This document shows positions 13,411 to 26,223 of a stretch of DNA of 64,000 nucleotides, in pieces. This stretch comes from Lytechinus pictus (taxonomy: Eukaryota). Below the pieces are notes generated by a model, which did no database searches, was not told the origin of the DNA, and saw only the letters and a list, made by a program, of their open reading frames with translations. The stretch lies in the NCBI RefSeq assembly GCF_037042905.1, contig NC_087246.1, positions 5,644,001 to 5,708,000 on the forward strand. The letters are read 5' to 3'. The number at the start of each line of letters is the position of its first letter. Positions within the stretch are counted from its first letter, which is position 1. The position numbers and the translations under genes are program-made.

Positions 13411-14685
13411 AGAATGTCGAAAATCACGCATTTTGATATTTTGACGGATTATTTTAATATTTTTGATTATCTTTGATATGCAATTATTTTGATTCAGAGT
13501 TTCATATTATAAGTCTCATAAATATGCATTTCAAATTTAAATATTACACACACACATATGGCACAGGGAAACATAAAACCGCGATTTCCTCCAAATATAA
13601 GTTTGTGAAAACTATCAATAGTTTAAAGTTTCTTACGCAACTTAGATTCTTCGATTTAAAAGCGTTTCTCAATCGAATGTATAGTAAATGTCCTAATGCC
13701 ACAAAAATCAAAATAATTTTCAAGTAAGATGGAATATATCTCATTTTATGTTATCCGAAAGGAGACAATGTGCATTTTACCAGGCGCGCATTTTGAAAGA
13801 AAAATTGAAAATACCGTACATTATGTACATAATTACATGTATAAGTACATACTAAAGCGAGTTTTTAATTGAATAGCACAATTTGTCAATTCTTTGCATC
13901 CCAGCTCAAATTCTTGCGGAAATACTGAGGAATAACGTACGGGCGGATGCCAACTGCACTTTTGCGTGAAAGTATCATTTTTTGCGTGAAATCTGAAAGA
14001 CTGTCGAAAATCACGCATTTTTATATTTTGACGGATTATCATCATATTTTTTTATTATCGTTGATATGGAATTATTTTTATTCAGAGTTTCAAATTATAA
14101 ATCTACTAAATATGCATTTCAATTTGGAATATTACACACACATATATGGCAATATGAAATAAAAAATCGTGATTTACTCAAAATAGAAGTTTGTGAACAC
14201 TATCAATAGGTTTAAGTTTTTTTACAAGTTATTTTCTTCGATTTAAATTAGTTCATCTATTGAATATCGATCGTTTCTAATGTCACAAATATTAAAAGAA
14301 TTTTCAAGTAAGATGGAAGAAATATTTTGCGAAAGGGGGCATGCAAAATTTAGCGGGGAGGGGGGGGGGCATTTTGAATGTAAAATTGAAGATACTGTAA
14401 ATTATTAACATAATTACATGAATAAGTACATACTTAAAACAGGTTACAAAATTTATGGCCGCAACTGCCTCTTCCCCCCCCCTCCCCCCTGCCTAAGGTC
14501 ATGTATAGTGTCCGAAAGGATTACATGGAGCTGAAAGTGTCCCGTTTTCAAGATAATATACCACTAGCGTAAAGGGGGGGGGGCAGACTGCCCCCGATGA
14601 GTCACAACTCATGCAGGGGATGTACCCCTGCCCCCTGGCTCCTTTAGTCTTTTTTTTTTAAATTCATACATGTTTATTTTCTATG

Positions 14686-14919
14686 CACTAGCGTACCTAC
14701 GGTGGGGGGGGGGGCAGTCTGCCCCCCTGACGAGTCCCAACACATGCAAAAGACGTATCCATGCCCCCCCCCCCCCCGACGAGCTTGAAGACCTGTTTTG
14801 CCCCCCCCCCCCCTCTCAGGAGCTTGAAGACTTTTTTTTTGCTTGTCAAATTTTTGGCCGACGGTTTTGCCCCCCCCCCCCCCCCCCCGTGGAAAATCCT
14901 AGGTACGCTACAGTAACTG
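14686..14919. mobile_element. hAT-type MITE, family A
   Basis: Same sequence family as 803-1112; 8-bp TSD TTTCTATG (14678-14685, 14920-14927). Confidence 0.85.
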
Positions 14920-16424
14920 TTTCTATGATTTTGGATATAGATATTCCTACAAAATTAATATTACCATGGTAACGGCAAATTAAATATCAGACCTATTTAT
15001 GAATATCGCCACAGGTAGATTTACGTTCAGCACCAATTAATTCGCGGAAATAGCATGAAGATCGAACTTTACAAAAGTAAACATAATCCTATATACTATC
15101 ATGACGAGTATCGCACTGATTAATATTAGTATGTGCAATATAGATGTAATATTGTGCGCTGTTTGTATTTTGTCAGAAATGCGCATCCGATAAATGTACA
15201 TTGTTATCTTTCGCATATATAACATAAAATGATATATCTTGCATCTTATTTCAACATTTGTTTTCACTATACGTGCCATGACAACAATTATTATGTATTT
15301 ATTCGGTTAGCGCTAAAATTGACGAAATTGAGATGCGGAACACAAACATTATACTATTGATAGTTTTCACAAACTATTATTTTTAGTAAATCACGATTTT
15401 ATATTTCATATTGCCATATATGTGTGTGTAATATTCCAAATTGAAATGCATATTTACTAGACTTATAATTTAAAACTCTGAATAAAAATAATTCCATATC
15501 AAAGATAATCAAAAATATGATGATAATCCGTCAAAATATCAAAATGCGTGATTTTCGACAGTCTTTCAGATTTCACGCAAAAAATGATACCTTCACGCAA
15601 AAGTGCACTTGGCATCCGCCCGTACGCTATTCCTCAGTATTTCCGCAAGAATTTGAGCTGGGATGCAAAGAATTAACAAATTGTGCTATTCAATTAAAAA
15701 CTCGCTTTAGTATTTACTTATACATGTAATTAAAAACTCGCTTTAGTATGTACTTATACATGTAATTATGTACATAATGTACGGTATTTTCAATTTTTCT
15801 TTCAAAATGCGCGACTGGTAAAATGCACATTGTCTCCTTTCGGATAACATAAAATGAGATATATTCCATCTTACTTGAAAATTCTTTTAATTTTTGTGGT
15901 ATTATGACATTTACTATACATTCGATTGAGAAACGCTTTTAAATCGAAGAATTTAAGTGGCGTAAAAAACTTCAAACTATTGATAGTTTTCACAAACTTA
16001 TATTTGGAGGAAATCGCGGTTTCATGTTTCCCTGTGCCATATATGTGTGTGTAATATTAAAATTTGAAATGCATATTTATGAGACTTATAATTTGAAACT
16101 CTGAATCAAAATAACTGCATATCAAAGATAATAAAAAATATTAAAATAATCCGTCAAAATATCAAAATGCGTGATTTTCGACATTCTTTCAGATTTTACG
16201 CTAAAAATGACAGTTTCACGCAAAATTGCGCTTGGCATCCGGCCGTACGCTATTCCTGGGTATTTTTGCAAGACTATTAGCTGGGATGCCAAGCATTAGC
16301 AAGCATTAACAAATTTTGCCGTCCAAAGTATAAAAAATCGTTTTGGCCGGTCTACTATTATCCATTACGTACCATATTTTGTTAATTCTAGATAAAATGA
16401 ATAATAATGATGATATATTAGAAT

Positions 16425-16825
16425 AAATGGACATTAGACCAAGTGTTAATTAGACCAAATGGAAAATTAGACCAAGTGACGATTATCCCAGCTGGGCATT
16501 AGACCAATTGGCGATTAGACCAAGTGGTCATTAGACCATTCGCCTATTAGACCAAGTGGTCATTAGACCAATTAGATATTAGACCAAAGGATCGTTAGAC
16601 CATATGGCTATCAGACCAATTGGATATTAGACATAGTGGAAATTAGACTAAATGGTTTTAGCCCAACTGCTTATTAGACGAATTAGATATTAGACCAAGT
16701 GGGAATTAGACGAATTGGATATTAGACGAACTGGTTGTAGATAAAAATGGATTTAGACTATGTGAAGTTGGAAGAACTGATTTATAAGTAGACCAAGTGG
16801 TATTAGACCATCCGATAATTCACCA
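16425..16825. repeat. Degenerate ~20-bp tandem array with ATTAGACCA core
   Basis: About 18 visible units. Confidence 0.8.
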
Positions 16826-17353
16826 TCTCAAGCACGTTCAATATATGATTTTATTTAGCTCGGTCACTACGCTCCCTCACATATCGGAAATGTTTATTTT
16901 GGCGGTGGGGAGGGACTAGCTGCTCGGTCAGTATAAGGCTGCCAACAACATGCCATTTCAATTGTTTTGAATAAACCAACGTCGATAATTTATCAAGCCC
17001 CCAGATGCCCCTCTAAAACTTACATTGTCACTCCCTCGTAAATAATTGTCTTGTTGAAGTTAGCGAAACGTTGAAAATCTAGGCTTCATTATTGCATATA
17101 TCCGATTTGATGACATTTTCAGCGTTATACTCATTTGATTTTCCCTTTTTATCTGGGACGCACTGTAAATAATACATGCTAAAGGCAACGCAAAAAGAGG
17201 AGCAAAATCAAACTGACAACTCTGTTCAGTCCAACTGTATAATTTTCTTTCATCTATATTTTTGCTAATTTTACTTCTCTGTAAAATTATGAAATGATGT
17301 TATGGATACTAATCAAAATGGATTGGCTAACATTATATCACGTGACCAGTCAC

Positions 17354-19644
17354 TTATTTTTGGTTCTGACTGGTACTAATGACTACGTTTATTGACCCGT
17401 TATGGTTTGGAGATGAGGATGGTTTATGACAAGGTTCCAACATCACTAAAATAAAACAAATAATACACATCTTTTATTCGTTATGCCAATAGGTCAATAT
17501 GAAATTTCTTTAATCCATTCAGATTTTGAAGGACACATTTTCTATATTTATGATGATAAACTATTTCAATTTAAATACCTTGAAGGGTTGCTTGAAGAGT
17601 TATCGATGGTTCTTGGGTTTCATCTGACGGTTTGGGTAGCTTACATGTTACTCCATGATTGCTAGAAATGAACATGTTTCCATTACGTCCCCCGAATTGA
17701 ATACCTTGATCAACATCAGTATTGACCCCGAGCCCATCATAGATTATGAGAGGTTCACTGGTAGTAGATACAATATCCAGCCGAATGGTCGATCCAGGTG
17801 GACCGCGAAAATACCAAAGACAGTCTTCACCAGCACTAATCGCATCGTTATCATCGATCTCTCTGAGACGGTTTTGTTCATCGGTAATTTCGGCATTGGG
17901 TTGATCCGAGTTCAGATGGATGACTTCCCCGCACGGAGTTGATTCTGCATTAGACACATTATAAATACGGTTACACTTCGTAATTCCGAAGGTTCGTAAT
18001 TCCGAAGGTTCTTTATTCCGAAGGTTCGTAATTCCGAAATACGTAAATTGCCTATACCTCGATGTTCGTTAATCCGAAAACGTAAAAGGGTTCGTTAATC
18101 CGAACATTTGTCGCGTTATTCCGAAGGTTCGTTATTCCGAAGGTTCGATAATGCGAAAACGAAATAAGGTTCGATGTTCCGAAGGTTCGTTAATCCGAAA
18201 ACGAAATAAGGTTCGTTGTTCCGAAGGTTCGTTAGTCCGAAAACGAAATAAGGTTCGTTAATCATTTCGTTTTCGGACTTACGAACCTTATTTCGTTTTC
18301 GGATTAACGAACCTTCGGAATTACGAACCTCACTTCTTTTTCGGACTAACGAACCTTCGGAATTACGAACCTCATTTCGTTTTCGGACTAACGAACCTTC
18401 GGAATTACGAACCTTCGGAAATACGAACCTTCGGAATAACGAACCTTCGGAATAACGAAGCTTCAGAATTACGAATGTATGCGATAAATACATTGATAGA
18501 AATGTCGGGCCTATTGACTGTGGCTGGGTAATACAGAGTTTTAACTACTTTATCTTTCGAACAATAGATACTTCTCTTTTTTATATTATACTTAATTGAT
18601 ATTTAATAATTCGTTATCCATTCTGCTCATATGATTATATGGTTAATATACGTTTCGTTTTGTCATATTTTTCAAGCATTTTTTGCTTAATGGCAATCCA
18701 TCTTCTGCCACTAATTTTATGCTATATGCCTCTTTTAAATTATTCATTCATCTGGTCACTGTATGCTGATTTAAGGTATCAGAATATTGAATTAAACAGT
18801 TGAGCTACACATGTCAAAAAGTATGTATTGTTTCTCATGTTATTGGCAACCGTGTTATTCAAATTAATTACAAGTAAATTGGTTAAAATTGTTAAACAGG
18901 CAACAAGTGACACCCGACCCCAACTTTATTCGAATTTGTTTGCACCCAATTATTATTTATTCTCGTATTAACTATTGCAGCATTGTCTGGGGTCTATAGA
19001 TCTAAACAAATAAAATAAAGACCGAATATAATGTTTAATAATGTCTTTATTCAAGTTCAATAAAGTGATACTGCAAACAAACAAAAAACGACATTAAAAG
19101 ACGAGGTCAATCGTTTCATACCAAACGGATGGCAGATCAAAATACTTACATGGGATGTACAACAAAACAATTAGAAATTGTAATATCACTGAACAATTAC
19201 CTAGTGTTATTTATAAATCATGCGGTTGACCGGTTTGATCTTCCCCAATTCCCCTAGGTATGCTAGGTATGAAGACCTGTACTGCACCCTGTATAATTCA
19301 TTATGCTGAACTCAATTGAGATGGGGTAACTGGGTACCTTGCAGGATTTTCAATATCTGACTTGGTCCTTTCTTACAGTAGGTGTAATTTCTTCAATTTC
19401 AAAGAAATAATAGAATGTATCATTACGATGGCCTCCTGCCAGGCAACTGCTAAAAAAGGTGTTCAGAATTTAAATTACAAATCATAAAAAGAAATGAGAT
19501 GCTATGAGCACGATTATTATTTCTCGTCATTTACTTGATTTTGCAAAGACTTTATGAAAACTCACCTATCTTAGGTAGTAGAATCAAAATGATAGACAAA
19601 TAGAGCCAATCGCTTGGCATCAAAGTTGAAAAGTATCGCACCAT
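17354..19644 (-). CDS. Small secreted CUB-like domain protein (~178 aa); exons 19644-19566, 17944-17579, 17445-17354
   Basis: Exon 1 encodes MVRYFSTLMPSDWLYLSIILILLPKI and ends at G|GTGAGT (phase 1). Exon 2 follows TGCAG| and has the CUB pattern CG..I...CLWYFRGPPGSTIRLDI...LIIYDG (phase 1-1). Exon 3 follows TTTGTTTTATTTTAG| and is open to TAA. Exon 3 is the least certain. Confidence 0.72.
17969..18483. mobile_element. Minisatellite-filled TIR element, family D
   Basis: (TTCCGAAGGTTCGT)-type units flip orientation centrally; 8-bp TSD ATAAATAC (17961-17968, 18484-18491). Confidence 0.88.
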
Positions 19645-19994
19645 TTTGGTGACGATATGCTGATGACTTCTGAATGGATAGAACTGCAGATCGAGTTTCT
19701 ATGAACAATCTCTCCTCCAAAGAATGATTTTGTGTGCCAAGTCGTCTTGCTTATATTAAATCATTATTTGGCTGTGTATATGTGATCATGTTTAGCAAGT
19801 GAACATACTAAATACGATTGGTTGATAATAACTAACTAGGTAAAACAATCAGTCCAATCCAAAACGAAATCGATTTTACGTCGCTAAATTTGCATAATTT
19901 GCACTGTTATTAAGGGTGCGATGCATGAAATGGGTATGCCAACAACCACGGGTCTACCACATAAGTACGATTCCTAGTACGATTTAGTAATTAA

Positions 19995-20485
19995 AGGGGT
20001 ACTCCGGGTTGAAAATAATCATATCTAAAAAAAATTCTCCAAAAAAAATGCTGAAAATGTCATTAAAATCTTATGATAACTAACAAAGTTATTGATTTCA
20101 AAGTTCAATAATATTTTGTGAAAACAGTTATATGCACCTTATCATGAAATTTAATTAGTTGGGCTGATGTCATATCCCCAACTTTCCCTTTTCTTATGAA
20201 ATTACATGAAATCATAATTATTTCGTATTTTCATACACGTGTGTATGAAATGTCTCCTTTATAATGAAATAAGTTGCGGCATATAATGTCCAATGCATTG
20301 ATCAGCTTTTACTCTCGGAGGAAAAAAAAATGAATAAACAATTTCATATCATAAAATACAAGATATTAAGTGGGGATATGGCATCATAAAGTTTCTCATT
20401 GAATATCCATGAAGACACTCATAGAACTGTTTCACCGAAATAATGCAAATCTTAAACCATATTTTTTTCAGCCTAGAGTACTCCT
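19995..20485. mobile_element. Kolobok-like MITE
   Basis: TTAA|AGGGGTACTC...GAGTACTCCT|TTAA. A related fragment lies at ~33790-34270. Confidence 0.8.
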
Positions 20486-21126
20486 TTAATATGACTAATG
20501 TTTACATCACGCGGGCATACGGGTGTGAATGACCCAATGATAGGGGTGTCGGTGGAACAGGAGATATTGGTTTAAGCTGTAAACTAGCTTTATTAAACTT
20601 TTACTAAATGTTTTAGAGTCCGATTGTAATGAATAGTCGATGAAGCAAAATGTGCAGTCTGATGTGAACCTCGAGGACCGATATTGAATCCTGTCAAACA
20701 ATGAATCCCAGTCTTGTATGCATCATAGTATTCAATGGTATGGTGTAAACCCGGGGTGTAAATCAAGAACTCTCTTCGGTGTTCCAAGAGGATCACATCA
20801 TCAGGTGTTGATAATATACGACGGTGTTTGAACATAACACATAACAGTTTTGCAATCAGCTATGTGCGTTGACTGTAAGACATAGAAACTTGCTTGATCT
20901 TTCAGAGGTCTTTTAATCAACTTTCAAAGATCTCAGCGGTCTTTCTTTCTTCCTGATTTTTTCTATTAGTGATCTCCGTGGTCTCCATGATCTCTAAACC
21001 TTTTGAAACGGTTCAAAACAGTCTTTCAGCAGTCTATCAGGTAAATGGTCGTTTGGTCTTTCAGCAGCATTTCAGCGGTCTCTTGATGAACCTTTTAGGT
21101 TCTTGTTAGTCTTTCCATGATCTTTT

Positions 21127-23907
21127 CGCATACATTCGTAATTCCGAAGCTTCGTTATTCCAAAGGTTCGGATATTCCGAAGGTTCGTTATTCCGAAGGT
21201 TCGTAATTCCGAAGGTTCGTTAATCCGAAAACGAAATGAGATTCATAAGTCCGAAGGTTCGTTAGTCCGAAAACGAAATGAGGTTCGTAATTCCGAAGGT
21301 TCGCTAATCCGAAAACAAAATGAGGTTCGTAATTCCGAAGGTTCGTTAGTCCGAAAACGAAATGAGGTTCGTAATTCCGAAGGTTCGTTAGTCCGAAAAC
21401 GAAATAAGGTTCGTTAATCCGAAGGTTCGTTAGTCCTAAAACGAAATGAGGTTCGTATTTCCGAAAATGAAATTAATTCATTTTGGTAACAAGAACGGTA
21501 TTGTCCTTACAAGATAACATGATATTATGCAATAATAAAATAACGAACGATGATACATTTGTGTGTTGTGGCCAAAGCATGTATTGCATTAAGAATAGGC
21601 GGCCGGATCAAGCTAACGCTTAATTTCGATTTTATATGAGCAATTGCTGCCCAAGCAAATGGTTTAAAGATGCAGGGGATTAAGTATTGGAGGGGATGTC
21701 ATTTTTAATAAGAGATTCTGCTGGTAATAAAAATAATACTAATGATGATCATGATAATCCCAAACGATGATCATAATAAAAATGGTGATAAAGAATGTTA
21801 ATAAAATTTTATTGATCGTTTCGCCTAGTGTTAACAATGTTAATCCTTTTTTCATGATTACAAAAAATGCTCGGAATGTTTATTTTTTATGTGGGGCGTT
21901 GTAGACCAGTGGATTTGTCTTCTGAATATGAAACAGAGGGTCGTAGGTTTGAATCCCAGCCATGGTGTAATTTCCTTCAAAAAGAAATTTATCCACACTG
22001 TGCTGCACTCAACCCTGGTGAGGTGAATGGGTACCCGGTAGGAAGAAATTAATTAAATACCTTCCTTTTGGCGCCTAGGCAGCCCAGCTAAAGACGGGGT
22101 AATAATAATAGCAGGGTTAGCTGGGAGAACAGTTTTCAGAACTGAAGTGGCTTCCCTTGGTGGATAATACCAATATTATTATTATTATTATTATTATTAT
22201 ATCTTATTAGGCCTACATGAAATTTCCAAAGTTTGAGCTCGTGATTCGCTCGCAATATCTCACAAGGATGCCCTTTTAACAGTAATTAGGTCCATAATTG
22301 ACCAAAAGCGAGTTTTTCAACTTCAGATTTGATTTTTTTTTCCAAACCGCTTTCTCGCTACGCTTGCTCGCGAAAATAAAACCTAAATATATATCTTATC
22401 AATCAAAAATCAATTTAAAAAACTTTGCTCAACTTAATTACGACAAAACACACAACTTTACACAGATGATATTCTCATGGTGAAAATATCCGTTTGCACC
22501 AAAATACCCGTTTTGGCATATAAGCACCTTTTTTGGCTTTGCCTCCCCCCCCCCCCCCCCAAGGAAAATACGTTCCGCCGCCCCTGGTTGAAACATGTAT
22601 CGTCTTCATGGCTTACTGCAAAAATTCATAAACATGTCCCTTTAGATCAGGTCAGAGCTTATATTTAAAAATTCTGCTCGCAGTTATCTAGTTACATAGG
22701 CATCTTGTTTTGAAGATCACAAACATTATTGCCCATCATATTTTCAACAAAAAATAAAGCTCGCGCTTCGCGCTCGCATTATTAAAAAAGGGCTTATAAT
22801 ATCATTACATATTTACTTCATTTTATAAGAATAAAGCTAATTATTGGCTGTTAGGACTACCCTTTCAAAGAAACAAACAAACAAAAATCAACTTTGAGCT
22901 GCCGATCGGGAAATTATGGGTGAAAAAAATCACCCCCCCCCCCCTATTGGCGAAAGTTGGATCCACCGGGGGGCAGGGGGCACTTGCAGCCCCACAATAA
23001 ATAACACGGAAATGCTATTTTTTCAAAATGGGAAATTTTCTTTTTTTCAAAATAAATTCTCTTTTTAAAGTATATATTTTAGAGTAATTTTCAGGCTGGA
23101 ATATTACAATTTTTTAGCTCGCGCTTCGCAAATTGGTAAAATAATTATGTATCCTAAAGAGGTCACTAAATGCAGTCCTTAACAAGTTCCTTTTCTGGTC
23201 AGTATATTTAAGCTCGCGCTTTGCGCTCGTTGCGTGTTAACTCTTTAGTTAGATCATGGACCCTAGGGTCCAAGGTTTAATGATAGCAGAAACCTGCTCG
23301 GAATTTTTTCATTTTCATTTCATAAATTTGAGCTTGTGATTCACGCTCGCAACATCTCGCAATAATGACATTTTAACAGTAATTGACCCCAAAAACGAGT
23401 TTTACAACTTGCAGCTTTGATTTTTTTCCAAACCGCTCGCTCAATATACTCTCTCGCGAAAAATAAAGCCTAAATATACATCTCTCATAATCAGAAGTCA
23501 CTATAAAAAGGCCTTTCTTTACTTAATTATTATAAAACACACAATGACTTCATTGTGAAAATATCACCAAAGTCCCCATTTTGACGTACGAGTGTCATTT
23601 TTGGCTTTGCTCCCCAAACGAAAATTCATTCGGCCGCCCTTGCCTACCCATCCTCATAACAATTGAACAGCAACGGTGTCCCCCCCCCCCCCCCCCCCAC
23701 CACCACATTTGCCCTTCCTCTGCTTTCCCGGTTTTCATTTTTCGGATTAACGAACCTTCGGAACAACGAACCTTATTTCGTTTTTGGAATAACGCCACAA
23801 ATGTTCGGATTAACGAACCCTTTTTCGTTTTCGGATTAAAGAACATCGAGGTATAGGCAATTTACGTGTTTCGGAATTACGAACCTTCGGAATTACGAAG
23901 TGTAACC
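21127..23907. mobile_element. Family D element expanded by ~2.2 kb of internal sequence
   Basis: CGCATACATTCG...AAGTGTAACC with 8-bp TSD GATCTTTT (21119-21126, 23908-23915). Confidence 0.87.
21893..22205 (+). mobile_element. tRNA-derived SINE
   Basis: tRNA-like head with B-box-like GGTTTGAATCCC, core TGCACTCAACCC...GGGTACC, and (ATT)n tail. A homologous copy lies at 50958-51238. Confidence 0.8.
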
Positions 23908-24807
23908 GATCTTTTGACAGTCTCTCAAGATTTTTTCGGGAGATAATTGAAAGACTCGTGAGAGAGCATTAAAAGATCATTGAAAGATCATTGGAAGACC
24001 AGGAAAAGTCATTGGAAAGAGTTCTGAAACTGAAGATCGCGTGTAGCATATCTGAAAGACAATTGAAAGATCTCTATATAAAAAGTATAAACCCAGTAAG
24101 ACAGTAAGTATCAATAACTTTTTCGAAGTTCTTTGAGGGGTCTTTCTGAGCCATTCCACATAGATCCGGGACATAGATGACAAATTTCAGTGATCTTGGA
24201 GACTGCTGTTAAGACCTTCATGACCTTGCTAATTCGTGGTCTTTCAAAGGTCCTTCAGAAGTCTCCCTTCTGTGGAATGGGGGCCTAACATGATATAGTG
24301 ATATTTGTTATACCGTGGTTTTTCGTTGCTTGTTATAAGCCATTTCACGGTTACCTCATGATCAACTTTTCACAAATGACCTTTGTGATTTTTCATTAGG
24401 ATAAGCACTATCATTTTCAAATGTAGATGTTGCGTAAACTTTACCGGTAGGGTATTCAAATTCTAAGAACAAAAGGCATTGTATAGTACATCAGGGATTC
24501 AGTTTGGAAATCTATTTTATTGTCTGCCTTTGGCACATTTGACTATTGTTTAGGCTACTGTCAAATACCAGTGATTATGAAGGCTCTATTTATTACTCTT
24601 CAGCTTGGATGTGATAAAATGAATATTTTGAAAGGAATACATGAATAATCATGAAATCACAAATGCCTATGTCAGTGAATTTGAAAGCCACCTTCATGGT
24701 TTATCTCAAATGACCTTTTCCTGCTCGTGCGCAGTTTACAACCGTGAACAGGCTTATTGTACATATTCGTGACCGACCACCTCAAACCTACATACATCAT
24801 AATATGA

Positions 24808-25055
24808 CGTAGTAGTAAATACTAAAACTATTCCTATACTACTACTACTACTGCTGCCGCTGCTGCTGCTGCTACTACTACTACAGCTACTTCTACTACA
24901 GTGTTAATATTATAACTATTTATACTGCAGTAATAATACTATTACTACTTCTTTACTACTGCTACTAGTAATAGTAGTTGTATGGCTACTAGTACTACCA
25001 CCTCCACTGCTATTACTGCTACTATCACTACTACTAGTAGAAGCAGTAGTAGTAT
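24808..25055. repeat. (ACT/GCT/AGT)n degenerate microsatellite
   Basis: Trinucleotide repeats are directly visible. Confidence 0.85.
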
Positions 25056-26223
25056 AAAGACAATAAGATTAGACATTTTCGAAGCGATATTGATAATGCA
25101 TGAGCTTTACAAAATTGCAATAATCACATTGAACAATTTGCCTATTCCATTTGCAGCTGAAGAGAACCAACTTGTATTTTGACATATGTTTTAGGATGGT
25201 GTTGGGACTTATGACATAAAGTAGTTTTAGAATGATTACCAGATTTACTTGAAGTTTAAGTTTCGTAATCATTTATTTGCTATGCATCATTCAAGAAAAT
25301 ATTAGGGAAGTTTCGTTTCTTTTTAGTGTGACGAGAGCAATGAACAAAATAGGCATGTGAAAAAAGCATATGACAGTTTCAACAATGTTTGTTTATAAAG
25401 TTAACAATCATTACTATATGTTTACTGTAAGCCGACTTCCAGGCAACAGACCTAAGGTGTTTCAACAATAAAGGAATTGAAATAAATTATTTCAAGCTAT
25501 TGCAAACAGCTGCTCATGTTTTCGTGTGGCCCAACATCTACACGGTTTTTCCTACACTTTCTTCCCAGTGCGAGAATATGGTCTATTCCGTAAGAATACG
25601 GATTAATTAATTGACATTCATTGTTTTGGGCACGAACTGCAAAGCTTTTACTTAATTAAATGACAATACCAAATCAAAGACTTGTAGCCTAATTCAAAGA
25701 CTCCAAAGGGATCATCTTGGGGATGGAAAAATAAAAAGGCCGAAAAAACACAGGAAAAGTAAAATACGCGAGCGGAGGGGAGGGGTCAATACACCTCATA
25801 TTGCTTAATTTAAGCCTCCCCCTTCCTCCTTTTTGCATTGTTCTGTGTGTGTTTTTTTCTGTTCAATAATGACGGAATATAATTGTCTTTCTACCGACTT
25901 TTATCTATCATGTTTTGGCTTTGTGGAGTGTTTTTTTTTTTGGGGGGGGGGGTTAAAACGCTTTATTCAAGCTTTCTGCCGAATTACTGATATCATATGG
26001 TATCCGTTGCCATGAAAGTTTAATTTCTGTCAAAATTATGTATATCCGCAAAACGTAATTAGTAATATCATGAATAAACATGGTTGTACGTGCTCATTTT
26101 AGTTAATAGTTTGGTGTAGTGGGGCAGCCCACTAAATTCTCACGACTCTCAATAGAAATTGCATTGTATGTAAAATGCCACAATGATTAATAATATATTT
26201 TCTGATAACGGTATGAACATGGA

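Larger units (their letters stand above)
12513..16357. mobile_element. Non-autonomous foldback DNA transposon (Academ-like)
   Basis: TIR TAGTAGACCGGCCAAAA / TTTTGGCCGGTCTACTA with 4-bp TSD TTAT on both sides. Arms are built of ~650-bp tandem units, inverted on the right side. Confidence 0.87.
20881..24274. mobile_element. Old palindromic element (CATAG...CTGTG, EnSpm-like) hosting a family D copy
   Basis: GATCTTTC-rich left part, GAAAGATC-rich right part, GA dinucleotide on both flanks. Confidence 0.4.

Noticed and set aside
17025..17162. Apparent AG...GTAAGT exon downstream of the CUB exon
   Set aside because: Stops in all three frames; the start looks like a TA|CAGTGCG transposon end.
18116..18493. 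Repetitive ORF (RNSEGSL)n, also at 56670-56855
   Set aside because: Translation of the family D tandem repeats.
21893..21965. tRNA gene
   Set aside because: Degenerate head continuous with a SINE body and tail.
24982..25182. Thr/Ser-rich mucin-like ORF
   Set aside because: Derived from a trinucleotide microsatellite.
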